A DNA stretch of 64,000 bases, taken from Amphiscolops sp. MND2022. Taxonomy: Eukaryota. Both the position numbers and the translations under genes were made by a program. The number at the start of each line of letters is the position of its first letter. Position 1 is the stretch's first letter. The notes under the pieces are model-generated. The model worked only from the letters and a program-made list of their open reading frames with translations, had not been told where the DNA came from and ran no database searches. Positions 1-10,971 of this stretch are shown here, one piece after another. The stretch covers positions 71,178,001-71,242,000 of the forward strand of contig OZ076409.1 of assembly GCA_964187785.1 (NCBI GenBank). Direction: 5' to 3'.

Positions 1-1129
1 GAAAGGTCTGGTACTGGGCTTTCATTTTGGTCAGGTGAGCCCCTGTCGTCGCGCGCCCTCTCTTTCAGAATTTCAGTTTCTTTTTCGGTACTGCCGCCAC
101 GCGGCCATTCAGCAGTTCGGGGCTTGCAGTAATAACAAACAGGACATTATTGAGGTTTGTTGCACACGGACGTGTTGTGGAAGCGTATGTGGTATAATGC
201 TTAGGCCTTTCAAATCAATCTAAGTACCAATTAATTGTTGAAAAAAAAACTGTGCTAGAGAATATGGGCTACTGGCAGAAGGAATCCGAAAGTGAAAAAT
301 AGGTAGGCTGCTTCAAAGTACCACTAGGGTCATTAGGGTTAATGACTATCAACTTGTTTCTTGAAACCTTTCTTATTATAGGTTTTTATGAAATGCTGAA
401 AAAGATATAAACTGCAATGGTGAACAAAAGGAGTAGCATATTCAACGATAGCCCAAGACGACACCTTTCAGTGCCAATTTCATTGCGGTCCTTAGTCATG
501 AAAATTGAATGTTTTGAAAGACATTTGATGTTACTTTTATTCATTTTAGAGGCAAAAATAGAAAAGGTGTAATTACCCCTGTGACGGTTTGCTCTTCTGG
601 TATTCTGATTGCTTGGATTTGTCTGTTCAAGTGAGCTTCGAAAGTGATATTTTTAACATGGAAGGGTCCAGTGATATACACTGGGAAACCACAAATATTT
701 TATAGCTCCTTTTTTCTTAGCTCCTTCGTACCTTGATCCCTTCGACTAGAGGTATTCAATTCTTACAAGGAGCTACGTGGAGTTATTTATTAACAGTTGA
801 AGATATCAAGTAAGCTATTGTCTAGTATAAGTAGTAGGAAGCGTTTGCTATCGTGACTTGTCATTCAGTTCATTTGTGTAACTTGCAATTTATCATTAGG
901 TTATAATTCTTGGCCTAAAAAACTAGGCTTTGCACTACAATAGGGTAGAAAGTTTTTTTTTAATTTTTGGAAAATTTACTTGGAATGTTTCATGAATTGA
1001 CAGTTGTAGAATATTAGCGAGCGGCGAAAGACCCATGGGTCTGCTGCCATGTGTCACTTGTCTAATCAAATTCAAGTTAGAAACTTTTCCCTTCCAACGG
1101 TATGATCCCTCTTGTACTTTTGATACTTT

Positions 1130-1408
1130 TTAAACGCTTCTCAAGCACTCTTGGCTCTGAAATTTGCAACCATGCCTTATCCATTCAACTACCATCACGT
1201 CTCCAGAACCACTGCATGTTTTCCCACCGTGGAACCCCTCAAAACATTTCGGGGGCAAATGTCGTTGCCAGTAATTTAGCCTCTGAAGCTCCTCGAAAGG
1301 TTCCTCATTTATCCATTGACCGTCAACCCTCTTCCCGTTTATGCGACATAAGTTGAGAAATTCACCGTCGTCTTGTATACTTTTGGAAGTTCCTTGTTGA
1401 TTTAGCAT
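1130..1408 (-). pseudogene. Possible degraded C-type-lectin-like exon fragment
   Basis: The ORF contains INGKRVDGQW...LNYW..LP..C, loosely resembling the W-x-G...W...NW...P pattern of C-type lectin domains. Flanking frames contain stops. Pattern recognition only. Confidence 0.25.
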
Positions 1409-1562
1409 ACATTTCGTTCGATATTATCTCGATAGACTCTACCAGTCCATCTCGCCTAGTTGGGCCTCTAGAATTTTCTGATCTCATTTTCTTGAGATGA
1501 ATTGCTTCTATTTATCAGCCACTCTGAGTCCCATAGCCTGGGCCATTTATAACAACCTCTTA

Positions 1563-1578
1563 CTCTCTCTCTCTCTCT
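1563..1578. repeat. (CT)n microsatellite
   Basis: ctctctctctctctct run. Confidence 0.85.
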
Positions 1579-1960
1579 AGAGTTTGAAATTCCTTCTCCC
1601 AACAATATATCCATGTTACCGTAATCAGACATGTTATCCATTTCTCTAGACTTCTTTCTCTAGACCTCTAATTGAAGCCATAGAAAAGGTTAAAATGACC
1701 TGACCGACTAACAGCCCCGTTAGGCTTTTCAATGGACAAGGACAGGGGTTGGTATTGAATGTAAAATATCAGTTAAGGTATATAGTTAGGTCACTAGCTA
1801 GCACAGTCACTCCAAAGGGGCATCATTTTAATGTATAATTCCAAGTACATGTTATTTTTCATCAACAAATTATAGTAGACTAAATACCAACACCGACTAA
1901 TTGAATATTTGGACTAGACCATTCCAGCTTTTTATCTATGTAGCATCGCAACAATGAATA

Positions 1961-2467
1961 AACAAGACGGGAACGTCCAAAGTCGGCGCCATATATAAGG
2001 CTCATAAAGCGCAAGACTTCTTTTGAAAGCAAAACTTGAAAATTTTGATTTTTTTTTTTCAGAAAATGTCGCATAGTGCCAAAAAATGTAAAAGGGGGGA
2101 CCCTTTGGGGTTTATTAACATATATTCTGTTGGAAAATATAAAAAAACTCGAAAGGGGGACTGTTTTGAGACATTGAAAAATTTTCGAAAAAAGTCGCAC
2201 AATGCCGAAAAAAAACCAAAGAGGGGACCCTTGAGGCACGTCCGGTTTTGTAGGTTACGTTAAAAAAGTAAAAAATAAAAGGGGGGGACCCTTTTGCACT
2301 AATTTCTGCTGACCGGACTTGGCCTTATGGTAGTAGTTTTAGTAGTTTCGATTGTAAGAAAAGTGGACCAATCAGAGTTAGATTGTAGTCTGACGAAAAA
2401 AAAAGGAATTAAAAAAAACTAGCCACTGTAATAGTCGGGCACTTTTCACTGGGAAAGCGCCGACTAA
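1961..2467 (-). mobile_element. Non-autonomous Helentron/HINE (DINE-1-like) element
   Basis: Subterminal inverted repeats agtcggcgc (1981-1989) / gcgccgact (2457-2465). Hairpin tagtcgg...ccgacta at one end (2432-2466) and small stem-loop gacg-ggaa-cgtc next to aacaa at the other. Internal subrepeats gtcgca..(a/g)tgcc and gggggaccc. A similar terminus (aacaagacgggaacgtc) recurs at ~3472-3489. Confidence 0.55.
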
Positions 2468-2999
2468 ATAATGAATAAAGATCAAGCCGTCATTGACTAC
2501 AATGCCACTGACAGCTACGCTAGCTATCCTGAACAGGCAGATATTTGACGGCGCCTGTCTGCCTGTGAGTATAGTTGTCTTATCAAATAATGATTGATGC
2601 ATTTATACAAAAAATTTTACAGGTTTGAAAAAGCAAATTATACAACTGTTTTGAAAACTTTAGTTTGTAGTAAAGGAATGGTTCTGGGTAAGGCAGTGTG
2701 TCTTGCTTTGTCTATCGTGTTGGGGTCGCCATCACATGCGGCAGCCTGCGACAGATACAGCGCCAACGGTTGGAATAAAGCGAATTTTCGATCGAAACAA
2801 AAACAGCGAATTCGAGAAGTGTGTTATCATGATTCAAATTGAAAGAATCCGATTTTTGGCACTTGTTAGATGCGAACACTCGCTCTGTAGGACAATTTGG
2901 TTGCAGTTGTTCACGTTGAAAAGAATGGTTGTGTGACACCCTCGGAGCAAGAGCCGAACTTTGGGTACAGGTCTTTCAGACTTGGCAATAGATTATCGC

Positions 3000-3414
3000 T
3001 ATACTTGCAATAAGTGGAAGTTAGTCAAAGTTTTGACTAACTTACACCATGTTTATATGCATTCAAAACTCAGTGTTCATTTTAATTCCAATTCATACCA
3101 CAGCATCGTAAACCAGTCAAAGTAAACAATGATTCAATAAATAATTAGTTATTACTGAGCTCTACCGTGCATAGTACGTATAAACTGCATTCAATGCAAG
3201 TTGCACACGTGAACACGTGTGTTTCATCCACGCATTTACGTGCAAATAAAATACCTTGTAGCTTCTAATTAGTACAATTGATTGATCTGTCAACAGGTTT
3301 CCTATTTTAACAAAACATAATTTCAAAGCAGCCCTCATTAATAGTTGCCTAACATTTATTTTGGTCCCTGTCGTGAGCACAGTCACCGGAATGATTGGAT
3401 AACTTGTTATTTTG
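3000..3414 (+). repeat. Left arm of a ~420-bp inverted repeat pair
   Basis: Near-identical reverse complement of 8576-9003, e.g. ggtccctgtcgtgagcacagtcaccggaatgattggataacttgttattttg vs caaaataacaagttatccaatcattccggtgactgtgctcacgacagggacc. Confidence 0.9.
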
Positions 3415-6056
3415 TGTTCATTATTTATCAAGTGTAGACGCACTACACGCGACCCTGGCTCTACAGTAAAACAACAAGACGGGAACGTCTCGAATCGGTG
3501 CCCCGCTGAAAGCGCAGCAATGTATTTTTAAAATGCTCGGAGTCTGTGAAGTAGTCTCATTTCTGTAGCTGCTGTAATGAAAATAAGCCATTTTGTTGGT
3601 ATTTTTAGCTGAACAGAAACTACCTTTTAGCGTTTTAAAAATATATAAAGCGTTTTAAAAATCGAAATTTATGTTGATACAGCAAATATTGATATGTTGT
3701 CAATGGTTCTCGAGCAAAAATTGTTGATCAGTCTTTCTAACGAAAACGCATCAAACATGTTCTGCATTATCACTAATGAAACCTTTTCAACAAACGCTCA
3801 CCCAAAAACTGAAATCACCCAACTTTACTGTATTTCAACAGTAATGAAGATTCTATTGCATGCAACATCTCTAGATTTTTAAATCTTTATAGAGATGATA
3901 TAATCCGGGACAGCTGAAAACGTAAACTATTCTCTAATAAGATTGCACCATTACATAAAACATCTCAACAAACATTAAAAATTAAGAACCCGAGCTCTCC
4001 AATCAAGACACAAAACCAGCTAAATTGAGAAGCTTTCAAACGAAGTAAACTTCCTAAGCAAAATGCGAGTTGCAAATGGAATTCTAAAACTTTTATAAGA
4101 CTGATGTAAAACTGAGAAAACTTGGGAATACTGTTCTAAAAACAATCCAGGAACGGGCCAAGTTGGCACCCCGCTGAAGGCTCAGAAAAAGCGATACCAT
4201 TTGAATGAGCTCGAGTTCAATCATTGAAAAAAAATGTTTGTCAATCTCACAGTGACAAAAGCACCTTATGGGCACCCATGAGATTCGAAAAACACTTTTC
4301 ATTAAATAAAGACATTTTGAAGTTGTCAAAAGTCGCAGTGCCAAAAAAAACGAAAAAACCTTTGACCTAGTCTAATTTTCCAAACAACAAAAATCTTTTA
4401 GTTCCGCTCGAGATTCAAAACCCACAACCAGATTCTAGGTTGCGAAGCAGGCAGCCTAACCACGAGGCTTGGCCGTAAAGAAAGCCTCACAATCAAGGAA
4501 TTTTTATGGAATTATAAAATTTATAGAAAGTGGTCGCTACAGTTACAGCTAAAGAACAAACTTGCAACTATTTTGTGTAAGAATCTTGCATTTTCCAAAA
4601 AGCGCCTATTGAAAACGTTTAGTACCGCATACTTCAGTCTTTTCCTTCATTTCCAATATTTTTCTAGCGCAAAGTAGTTCGAACAATTAAAGCAACGAGT
4701 GTCAGAGCAAACGCTGATTCCTTTATCCAGGCTCCTAATTTCAGCGTTAAACTGCAAGCTGAGTGACAATTTTTGCTAATTTCTAGTTTTGCATTTCGAC
4801 TTAATAAAGGGTTAATTTTTGCTCCACAGATACTCCAAGCTTTTTCAACACACTCTGCAAGTAGTTAAGTAGTTCCAAAAGAAAACTCAAAATTGTCTGA
4901 CCAGCAAGCTATTTCATTAGATTCCAGGACTAAACTAGTACAATTACAAATATTGAAAGTTCAATCCCTTACAAAATTTAGAAGTTCCAGGAGTTGAAAA
5001 CTGAATGTATCTCTATCAGGTCAAAATCTCTTTTATGAGTGAAAATAGGAGTATTCTCTTAACCGCATTACTCAGAACCAGGGTTGTAACAAAAAACAGC
5101 TGCGCTTTTAAGCTTGACTCCAAATTAGTTCAAAATTAGTTTTGAACTGGAAGGAAAGTAGAATTCATTTCTCAAAGGAAAATTTCTGTCCAAATTTTGC
5201 TACTTCGTTTTTAGTATGTTATCGATTGTGTAAATCGACAAAAAGCGCCCCCATTCTATAGTCATAAGCGCCTCGCTAAGTTTTGAACTGCTTTCATCGT
5301 CTCTAATTAAATCTAATTGAAGATGTTCAAACAAAATAATTCACTGGTAATGCCATGTTTAACATTTTCACATTTAACGAATTCCAATTGAAATCGACTT
5401 GAATCGTTAATATTGGCAAATCTGTCAATAAAATGTAAATTATTTTCCGTCCATATTTCATATGGGAAAGAAAAAAATGAATCAGCCGATTTTTTCCCCA
5501 TAATTTTCCCCAAATGTTCGAAATTTATACCTAACTGAAGGGTTTTACCCATAGAATTCAACGTAAAAACCGTTCAACAAGTGAAACATTCGTTGTCCAG
5601 TAGTAGGCTCTTCGAAAGAGATAAATGCAATTTTTCAATTTAAAAAAGCTTCAAATCGACACCCGAAAAGCATAAAAACTTTTACAAACAAAAAACACAA
5701 ACTTTTACAAATTTTAGCGATTTTATGCAATTTGTCAAACATTCCAAAAATTTGGTGAATTAAAACGTTTAAACGAATTCGTTGTCCAATAGGCTTTTTG
5801 GGGATATAAAAGCAAATTCGTAACAGAAAATGGCAAAAAAGACCCAAAATAGTCGAAAAATTATTGTGAAAATATGAAAAAGTTAGTGACATAGTGCAAC
5901 AATTGAATTCGTTGTGGAGTAGGCTTTTTAATAGATGAATGCAGAAGTTTTCATTAAAAATATGCCTTAGTTTGACACCAAAAAAGTAGAAAAATTGAAA
6001 TTTTCTAAGCTTGAAAACATTCAAAGATGAAGAGACTAGCTATGCAGTGTTTTGTG

Positions 6057-6073
6057 GAGAGAGAGAGAGAGAG
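6057..6073. repeat. (GA)n microsatellite
   Basis: gagagagagagagagag run. Confidence 0.8.
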
Positions 6074-8195
6074 TTGCTGTTTTGCTTCAAATACATTTCA
6101 ATGACTTCAATGAGTGGAGTAAAAATTATTTTCAACGTTTTTATGCAATTCTTGTGGAAAAATTTGAATCGTTTTGATCATAATCTGAAAAGGTGTTCAA
6201 AACAATAGCAGTCGACATCCACTTGTTTTTTTGAAGACATATTTGCAAATCGGTGTTTGAAAAGAAAACTCAAATGACCTAAAAATTGTCAAAACATCGA
6301 AATTTTCGTTTTCGACAATTTCAGTGATTGTTTGTGGAAAGCTTCTTGAGTTTAACGGTTTTAAAAGTACAGAATACTTATCAAAGTATTCAATACGCCT
6401 TCAAAAGGAAAACTTGATAGCTTTCTAGGTAGAACAATATCTCAATGGCCCCAATCCCAAATGTTTTTCGAATTTCGTGTAATTTTAGAACTTTGCGAAA
6501 TTTCGTATGCTAGAAGAATGAAAACTTTCAACAGCAAACAACTTCGTTGTACAGTAGGCTTTTTGGAACTGAATCGCAGTCTCGCGCTAGAAAAGACACA
6601 AAATAATCTCATAAAATTTTTCCAATCTTATGGACACTTTCAAATATAAATAAGAGAAATTGTGTATTTGAGAAATTTCAAAAAGGTGTAAACGATATAA
6701 TTGGGTGTGCATTAAATTTTCAAAAAACTGATTTTGCAGTTTTGTATGTAGAAAAGTACCTCAGAATGACCATAAGTGATTGAAAAATCCAAAAGTTTTA
6801 GACGTTTTTTGCGAAGTTTGGTGAAATTTTTGAGCTACTTAATAGATTAGATTTTAGATTGGTGTAAAGATTCAATTTTTTCCTTTATAAAAATTTTTTC
6901 ACTTGAAACTTCTTGACATTTTCATCGCTACTCTTGAGACTCGTAATTATGTCGTTGCTAGAACAGTTCGGACGGAAAATATCCCGCTGGTCAGCGGGCG
7001 CCTTGTTTCTTAAAGCAGCTATTAGTGAATACGCTGTTTTAAAATGGACACTTGTTTTATTCAACTGGAGTTAGGAACTGGAGTCAGCAAGTTGGCGGAG
7101 GAAAAGAATGAGCAACTTCCATGTAGCCTTTGATAGGGGCGCTTCTGACTGTGTATTTTGGGCGCCTTTGACTAGGGCGCTTTTGTCTGGTAACTGTTAT
7201 TGATGTATCCATGGAGCGTTCCTGTAAGTTATTATTCTAGTAAAGAGGTCATTTCTATTGATATCTATTCTCATCAGAAACTACGGACTGCAAAACAAAA
7301 TCAAACCTTCCATTCATACTGACAATGTTGAGTTTTGCATGTTTCGGTTAAATTCGACAGTATTATTACCGAAAGTAAAAATATTTTATATTGCTAAAAC
7401 AATTTTGAACCAGTTTGATTCAACTGTCGCGGCATTTCAGATTCGAAATTTTAATTTGCGAAATTACTTCGGAAGAAATTCTAACAATGTTCCGGTGCCT
7501 CTTGCTTGGGGTTGATAAATTGCGCAATTTTACTGAGAGTGGTTTCTTTAGCGTTATCGCCTTCAATTCCTTTGGCCCATCGAGCGATGGTGTTTGAATT
7601 TCATATGACAGGCCACAAGTTGACCAACAGTGGATTAGCTGTTTACAGAAACATAGAAACCTTTTCATGCTTGAAACTATGTATGATTCACCCGCAATGC
7701 ATTTCCATAAATTGGAACCGAAAAGGATTTTGTCAGCTAAACTCTCAGGATAATTATTCGTTTAAGAGTATTCTCCAAATCGATCCCAATTTCAACTTTT
7801 CTGGAATTTCTATTCTATTGCACACAACATTCTAACACGGCATAAATGTAAAAAAACTACAAAAAGTCTCTAAATTAACATGTGAATGAAGTTTTACAGA
7901 ATTTACGGCTAGTATCGTCACCACAATAAATTTTTAAAAATGTAATCATAAGGTTAGCTATAAAAAGTTTGTTAGTTTTCAATGTTAATTTGTTCCATCA
8001 TTTGATCAACGTGTATAATGTCTCCTCTGTCGTGCTGGGGTTCATGTAAAACAGTATAAGACCTAGTATCGTCGTTAATTTTTTCTCCAAACAACTGCTT
8101 CCACGAAAAGTTGATACTTCTGCATTATGGGAATAAAAATTCAACAGCTGACGTTTAAAATTTTTTCATGATTTTATATCCAGATGTTACAATTT

Positions 8196-8483
8196 TCAGG
8201 TTTGGCTGATATCACAAATTGAACAGCGATTTCTGTTTATGACTGGACTGTTGCGCAATCGCCCGACAGGGCAATAATTTATCAAAACTTTTTGATCCCT
8301 TTCTGCGTTTGGGAACTTTGGAGCCCATAGTGATTCTGGGAAGACAACTTTCTCTTCTCGCAAATTCTCCCATTTTGAAGTAGAACTGGAGCCCTGTGGC
8401 TTTTTAATACCGAGCCAGCTTCGCTCGCAATTAGGTATTTTCTCACAAAGCAGCTTCAACTGAATGTTACTAAGGTTGTACAA
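8196..8483 (-). CDS. C-type-lectin-like domain fragment (C-terminal half; probable exon or pseudo-exon)
   Basis: The translation SWLGIKK...KWENL...LWAPKFPN...LINY...CSICDI* follows the CTLD order WIG / W / W-x-x-x-x-PN / terminal IC. No ATG start, so it is likely a partial exon. Confidence 0.45.
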   Translation of the reverse strand: MYNLSNIQLKLLCEKIPNCERSWLGIKKPQGSSSTSKWENLREEKVVFPESLWAPKFPNAERDQKVLINYCPVGRLRNSPVINRNRCSICDISQT

Positions 8484-8575
8484 CCGTTAGACTATTTGTT
8501 ACAACTTTTCTTGATGTGCTCACGACAGGGATCAAAATAGATCCTTGCCAATACCCTGGCTCAAAATACCCAGAC

Positions 8576-9003
8576 CAAAATAACAAGTTATCCAATCATT
8601 CCGGTGACTGTGCTCACGACAGGGACCAAAATTAAAATTAGTTAGGCAACTCAGGCTATTAATGAGGACTGCTTTGAAATTATGTTTTGTCAAAATAGGA
8701 AACCTGTTGACAGATCAATCAATTGTACTAATTAGAAGCTACAAGGTATTTTATTTGCACGTAAATGCGTGGATGAAACACACGTGTTCACGTGTGCAAC
8801 TTGCATGGAATGCAGTTTATACGTACTATGCACGGTAGAGCTCAGTAATGATAACTAATTATTTATTGAATCATTGTTTACTTTGACTGGTTTATGATGC
8901 TGTGGTATGAATTAGAATTAAAATGAACACTGAGTTTTGAATGCATATAAACATGGTGTAAGTTAGTCAAAACTTTGACCACATTCCACTTTTCGGAAGT
9001 ATA
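8576..9003 (-). repeat. Right arm of the ~420-bp inverted repeat pair
   Basis: Reverse complement of 3000-3414; ends ...ggaagta-ta. Confidence 0.9.
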
Positions 9004-9014
9004 GGAGTCCCTCA

Positions 9015-9245
9015 ATTTGCAAAAAGTGGAAGTTAGTCAACGTTTTGACTGACTTACGAAAAAGAGTATTTTTGGACTAACTTCCGCTTTTTTCTAATTA
9101 CGTGTTTTGACTAACTTACACAATTTTCCATTACGCGCGTTGATTTTGCTACACCGTTGAAGCATAGACCGTCTTGACTAACTTACGCTGAATGACCATT
9201 TTACCATTTTACTCAGATTACGCAGCTTGACTGACAGCAGCTTAC
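9015..9245 (+). repeat. Cluster of ttgact(a/g)acttac subrepeats related to the inverted-repeat terminus
   Basis: ttgcaaaaagtggaagttagtcaacgttttgactgacttac matches 3005-3045 in direct orientation, followed by further (t/g)gactaactt(a/c)c copies at ~9075, 9108 and 9175. Confidence 0.7.
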
Positions 9246-9264
9246 CGGTACGTGTATCGTAATG

Positions 9265-10968
9265 TAACTTTTTTCCTGTTGGTTTAAAACTTTAGGACCC
9301 TGCTAAAAGTTTCTTGACCATGTTGCAGGGGCTCCGGAGGTCCAAACCAAATTTTTCTAGCTTGAAGCTATCTCCAAGTACCCCCCCGCCCAAAACGTTA
9401 TTTTTCCGGAAACGCAGGTTTTTGACCCGGAAGGAGTCGTCTGAGCGCGGGGTCGTTAGGTGATGTTTTGGGGACGGCCTTGAGACGAAGTGGGGGACAT
9501 GTAGTTTGTCAACCTCAGTTTACCCCCCGGACAGGAAATGACCGTTATATGAGCGGGAAAATTGCCCCCCTCCACGTTTTACCGCTATTTCCGGTGTGAA
9601 GGAGTGGGAGTAGCGCGTCGGGTGCCATATATCAAAAGTAGGTTCAGACAAGGACCTATCGGAAACATGTGGTTTGGGACCCCCTGGGCCAACCCGTTAG
9701 CGGGAAATGGGGCTTCCGCCTCCTTTTTTTACTGCTAAAACCGTAAAATGGGCATTGAGGGGTAAATATCTCGTGAACGCGTGGAGCAATCGTGTCCATC
9801 ACTACTACAAGGTTTCATACCCATGATATGGTGCCTTCAGGGGGGCAAACAGATTTCCGCTATCTATCACCGTTACCGACTTGGCCCCCCAGCCTAACCG
9901 CTATGTGACCGGAAATGTCACTTTTTGAGCCCAAAGGGTCGGTCCCAGCCGGGGAACGTTAGGTAACTTATTGTAGTACTCAATGAGACGAGTTGGGGGA
10001 TATAGTTTCAGTCACCCCCCGTTACCCCTTGGGACCGGAAATGACCGTTATGTGGGTAAAATTGCAATTTTTATACTTTTTCAAGTGTATTTAGGTGCGG
10101 AAGGCGTGGTAATAGGTGCTTGGACACTATATGAGGTAAGGGAGGACGTGAGGCGAGCATTCGGAAATAACCGTTATGTTGACCCTAAAGTCCCCCTGGT
10201 ACCGTAAACGACCGGAAATGGTCAAATTTTGTGTCTATTGGGTACAAATGTTTAGTATTTTGTAGATAAAAGTATCTATTAGGTGTTTCGACGGTCTGCA
10301 ATAGTGAACATAGTCATGGAACTTTGTAGGGGGTAACGGGGTATATAGCACCGGAAGTCCAAACCGTTGGACACAGGATAGGTTTTTGGTTTGAAAATGT
10401 CTTTCGGCGTACTTTTGTCGACTATTATGGACTATTATTAAAAATTAAAGTTCTTCCATATAGTTTCAGAGACTCCGAAACCTCAACCAACATAACCGTT
10501 ACATTTTGATAGCCTTTCAAGTTGGCCTGGTGTCAACTTGGAAGCGCTATCCTTCTGAAATCGTTAATCAAGTGTGTTTTTGAGAATGTTTGTATTACTT
10601 TAGAATCAATTAGAGCTTCAAGAAAAGTTTGCCAACGACAAAAACTATGTCGTGATGATTCCATTATTAGAATATTAGTTAACAAAATGTTGATAAAGTT
10701 GATTTTTTACATTTCAAAAGTGTCCCAAATGCCAGAAAACCTCTTTACCAAACAAATGGTATTGATTGGATTGTATATAACAGCTAATAAAAGTTCAAAT
10801 TGAATATTACGTTTATTATGCAAGCTGAAATATCATATTATAGTTTCATTAACGTCAACGCCACATACTTTACATCAACGCCCACCGTCTGTGGGCATGC
10901 CGAGGCATGCCCTTCGACGACGTATACCAAATTCTTCCAACACAACACCCCCGAGCGCGTTAGCCTAG
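9265..10968 (+). repeat. Family A cassette, 5'-truncated by ~270 bp (first unit of the array)
   Basis: Starts at taacttttttcctgttggtttaaaac, which lies at offset ~270 in the full unit 18535-20509. Confidence 0.9.
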
Positions 10969-10971
10969 GTG
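10855..10971 (+). other. Conserved cassette 3' end (example copy): TCAACGCC direct repeats, GGGCATGC-CGAG-GCATGCCC stem-loop, tail, CTAG^GTG junction
   Basis: Hairpin at 10893-10912, junction at 10965-10971; an equivalent block closes every unit. Confidence 0.9.

Noticed and set aside
5635..6024. 129-aa minus-strand ORF
   Set aside because: Its F/L/K/I-rich translation is typical of AT-rich non-coding repeat DNA, with no domain features.
5237..7190. Possible TIR element bounded by gacaaaaagcgccc (~5238) and gggcgcttttgtc (~7175)
   Set aside because: The match is short and degenerate, no target-site duplication was identified, and the boundaries cannot be defined.
7420..7835. Possible recombinase fragment (a minus-strand frame reads NTIARWAKG) or other exon near the array
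   Set aside because: Only a few residues of resemblance, the frames are interrupted by stops, and no catalytic R-H-R-Y or HUH motifs were seen.
9983..10803. Recurrent ORFs such as MRRVGG..., MAWCQLG..., MPFFRKC... and ...SSKGMPRHAH... as a protein family
   Set aside because: They recur only because the DNA repeats. They are short, often start at TTG/GTG, their stops and frames vary between copies, and they have no recognisable domain.
10875..10890. Kinetoplast minicircle similarity (GGGCGT on the minus strand resembles CSB-1; 1-2 kb units with A-tracts)
   Set aside because: No CSB-3 GGGGTTGGTGTA was seen, and the array is contiguous with nuclear-type repeat DNA; a 6-mer match is not significant.
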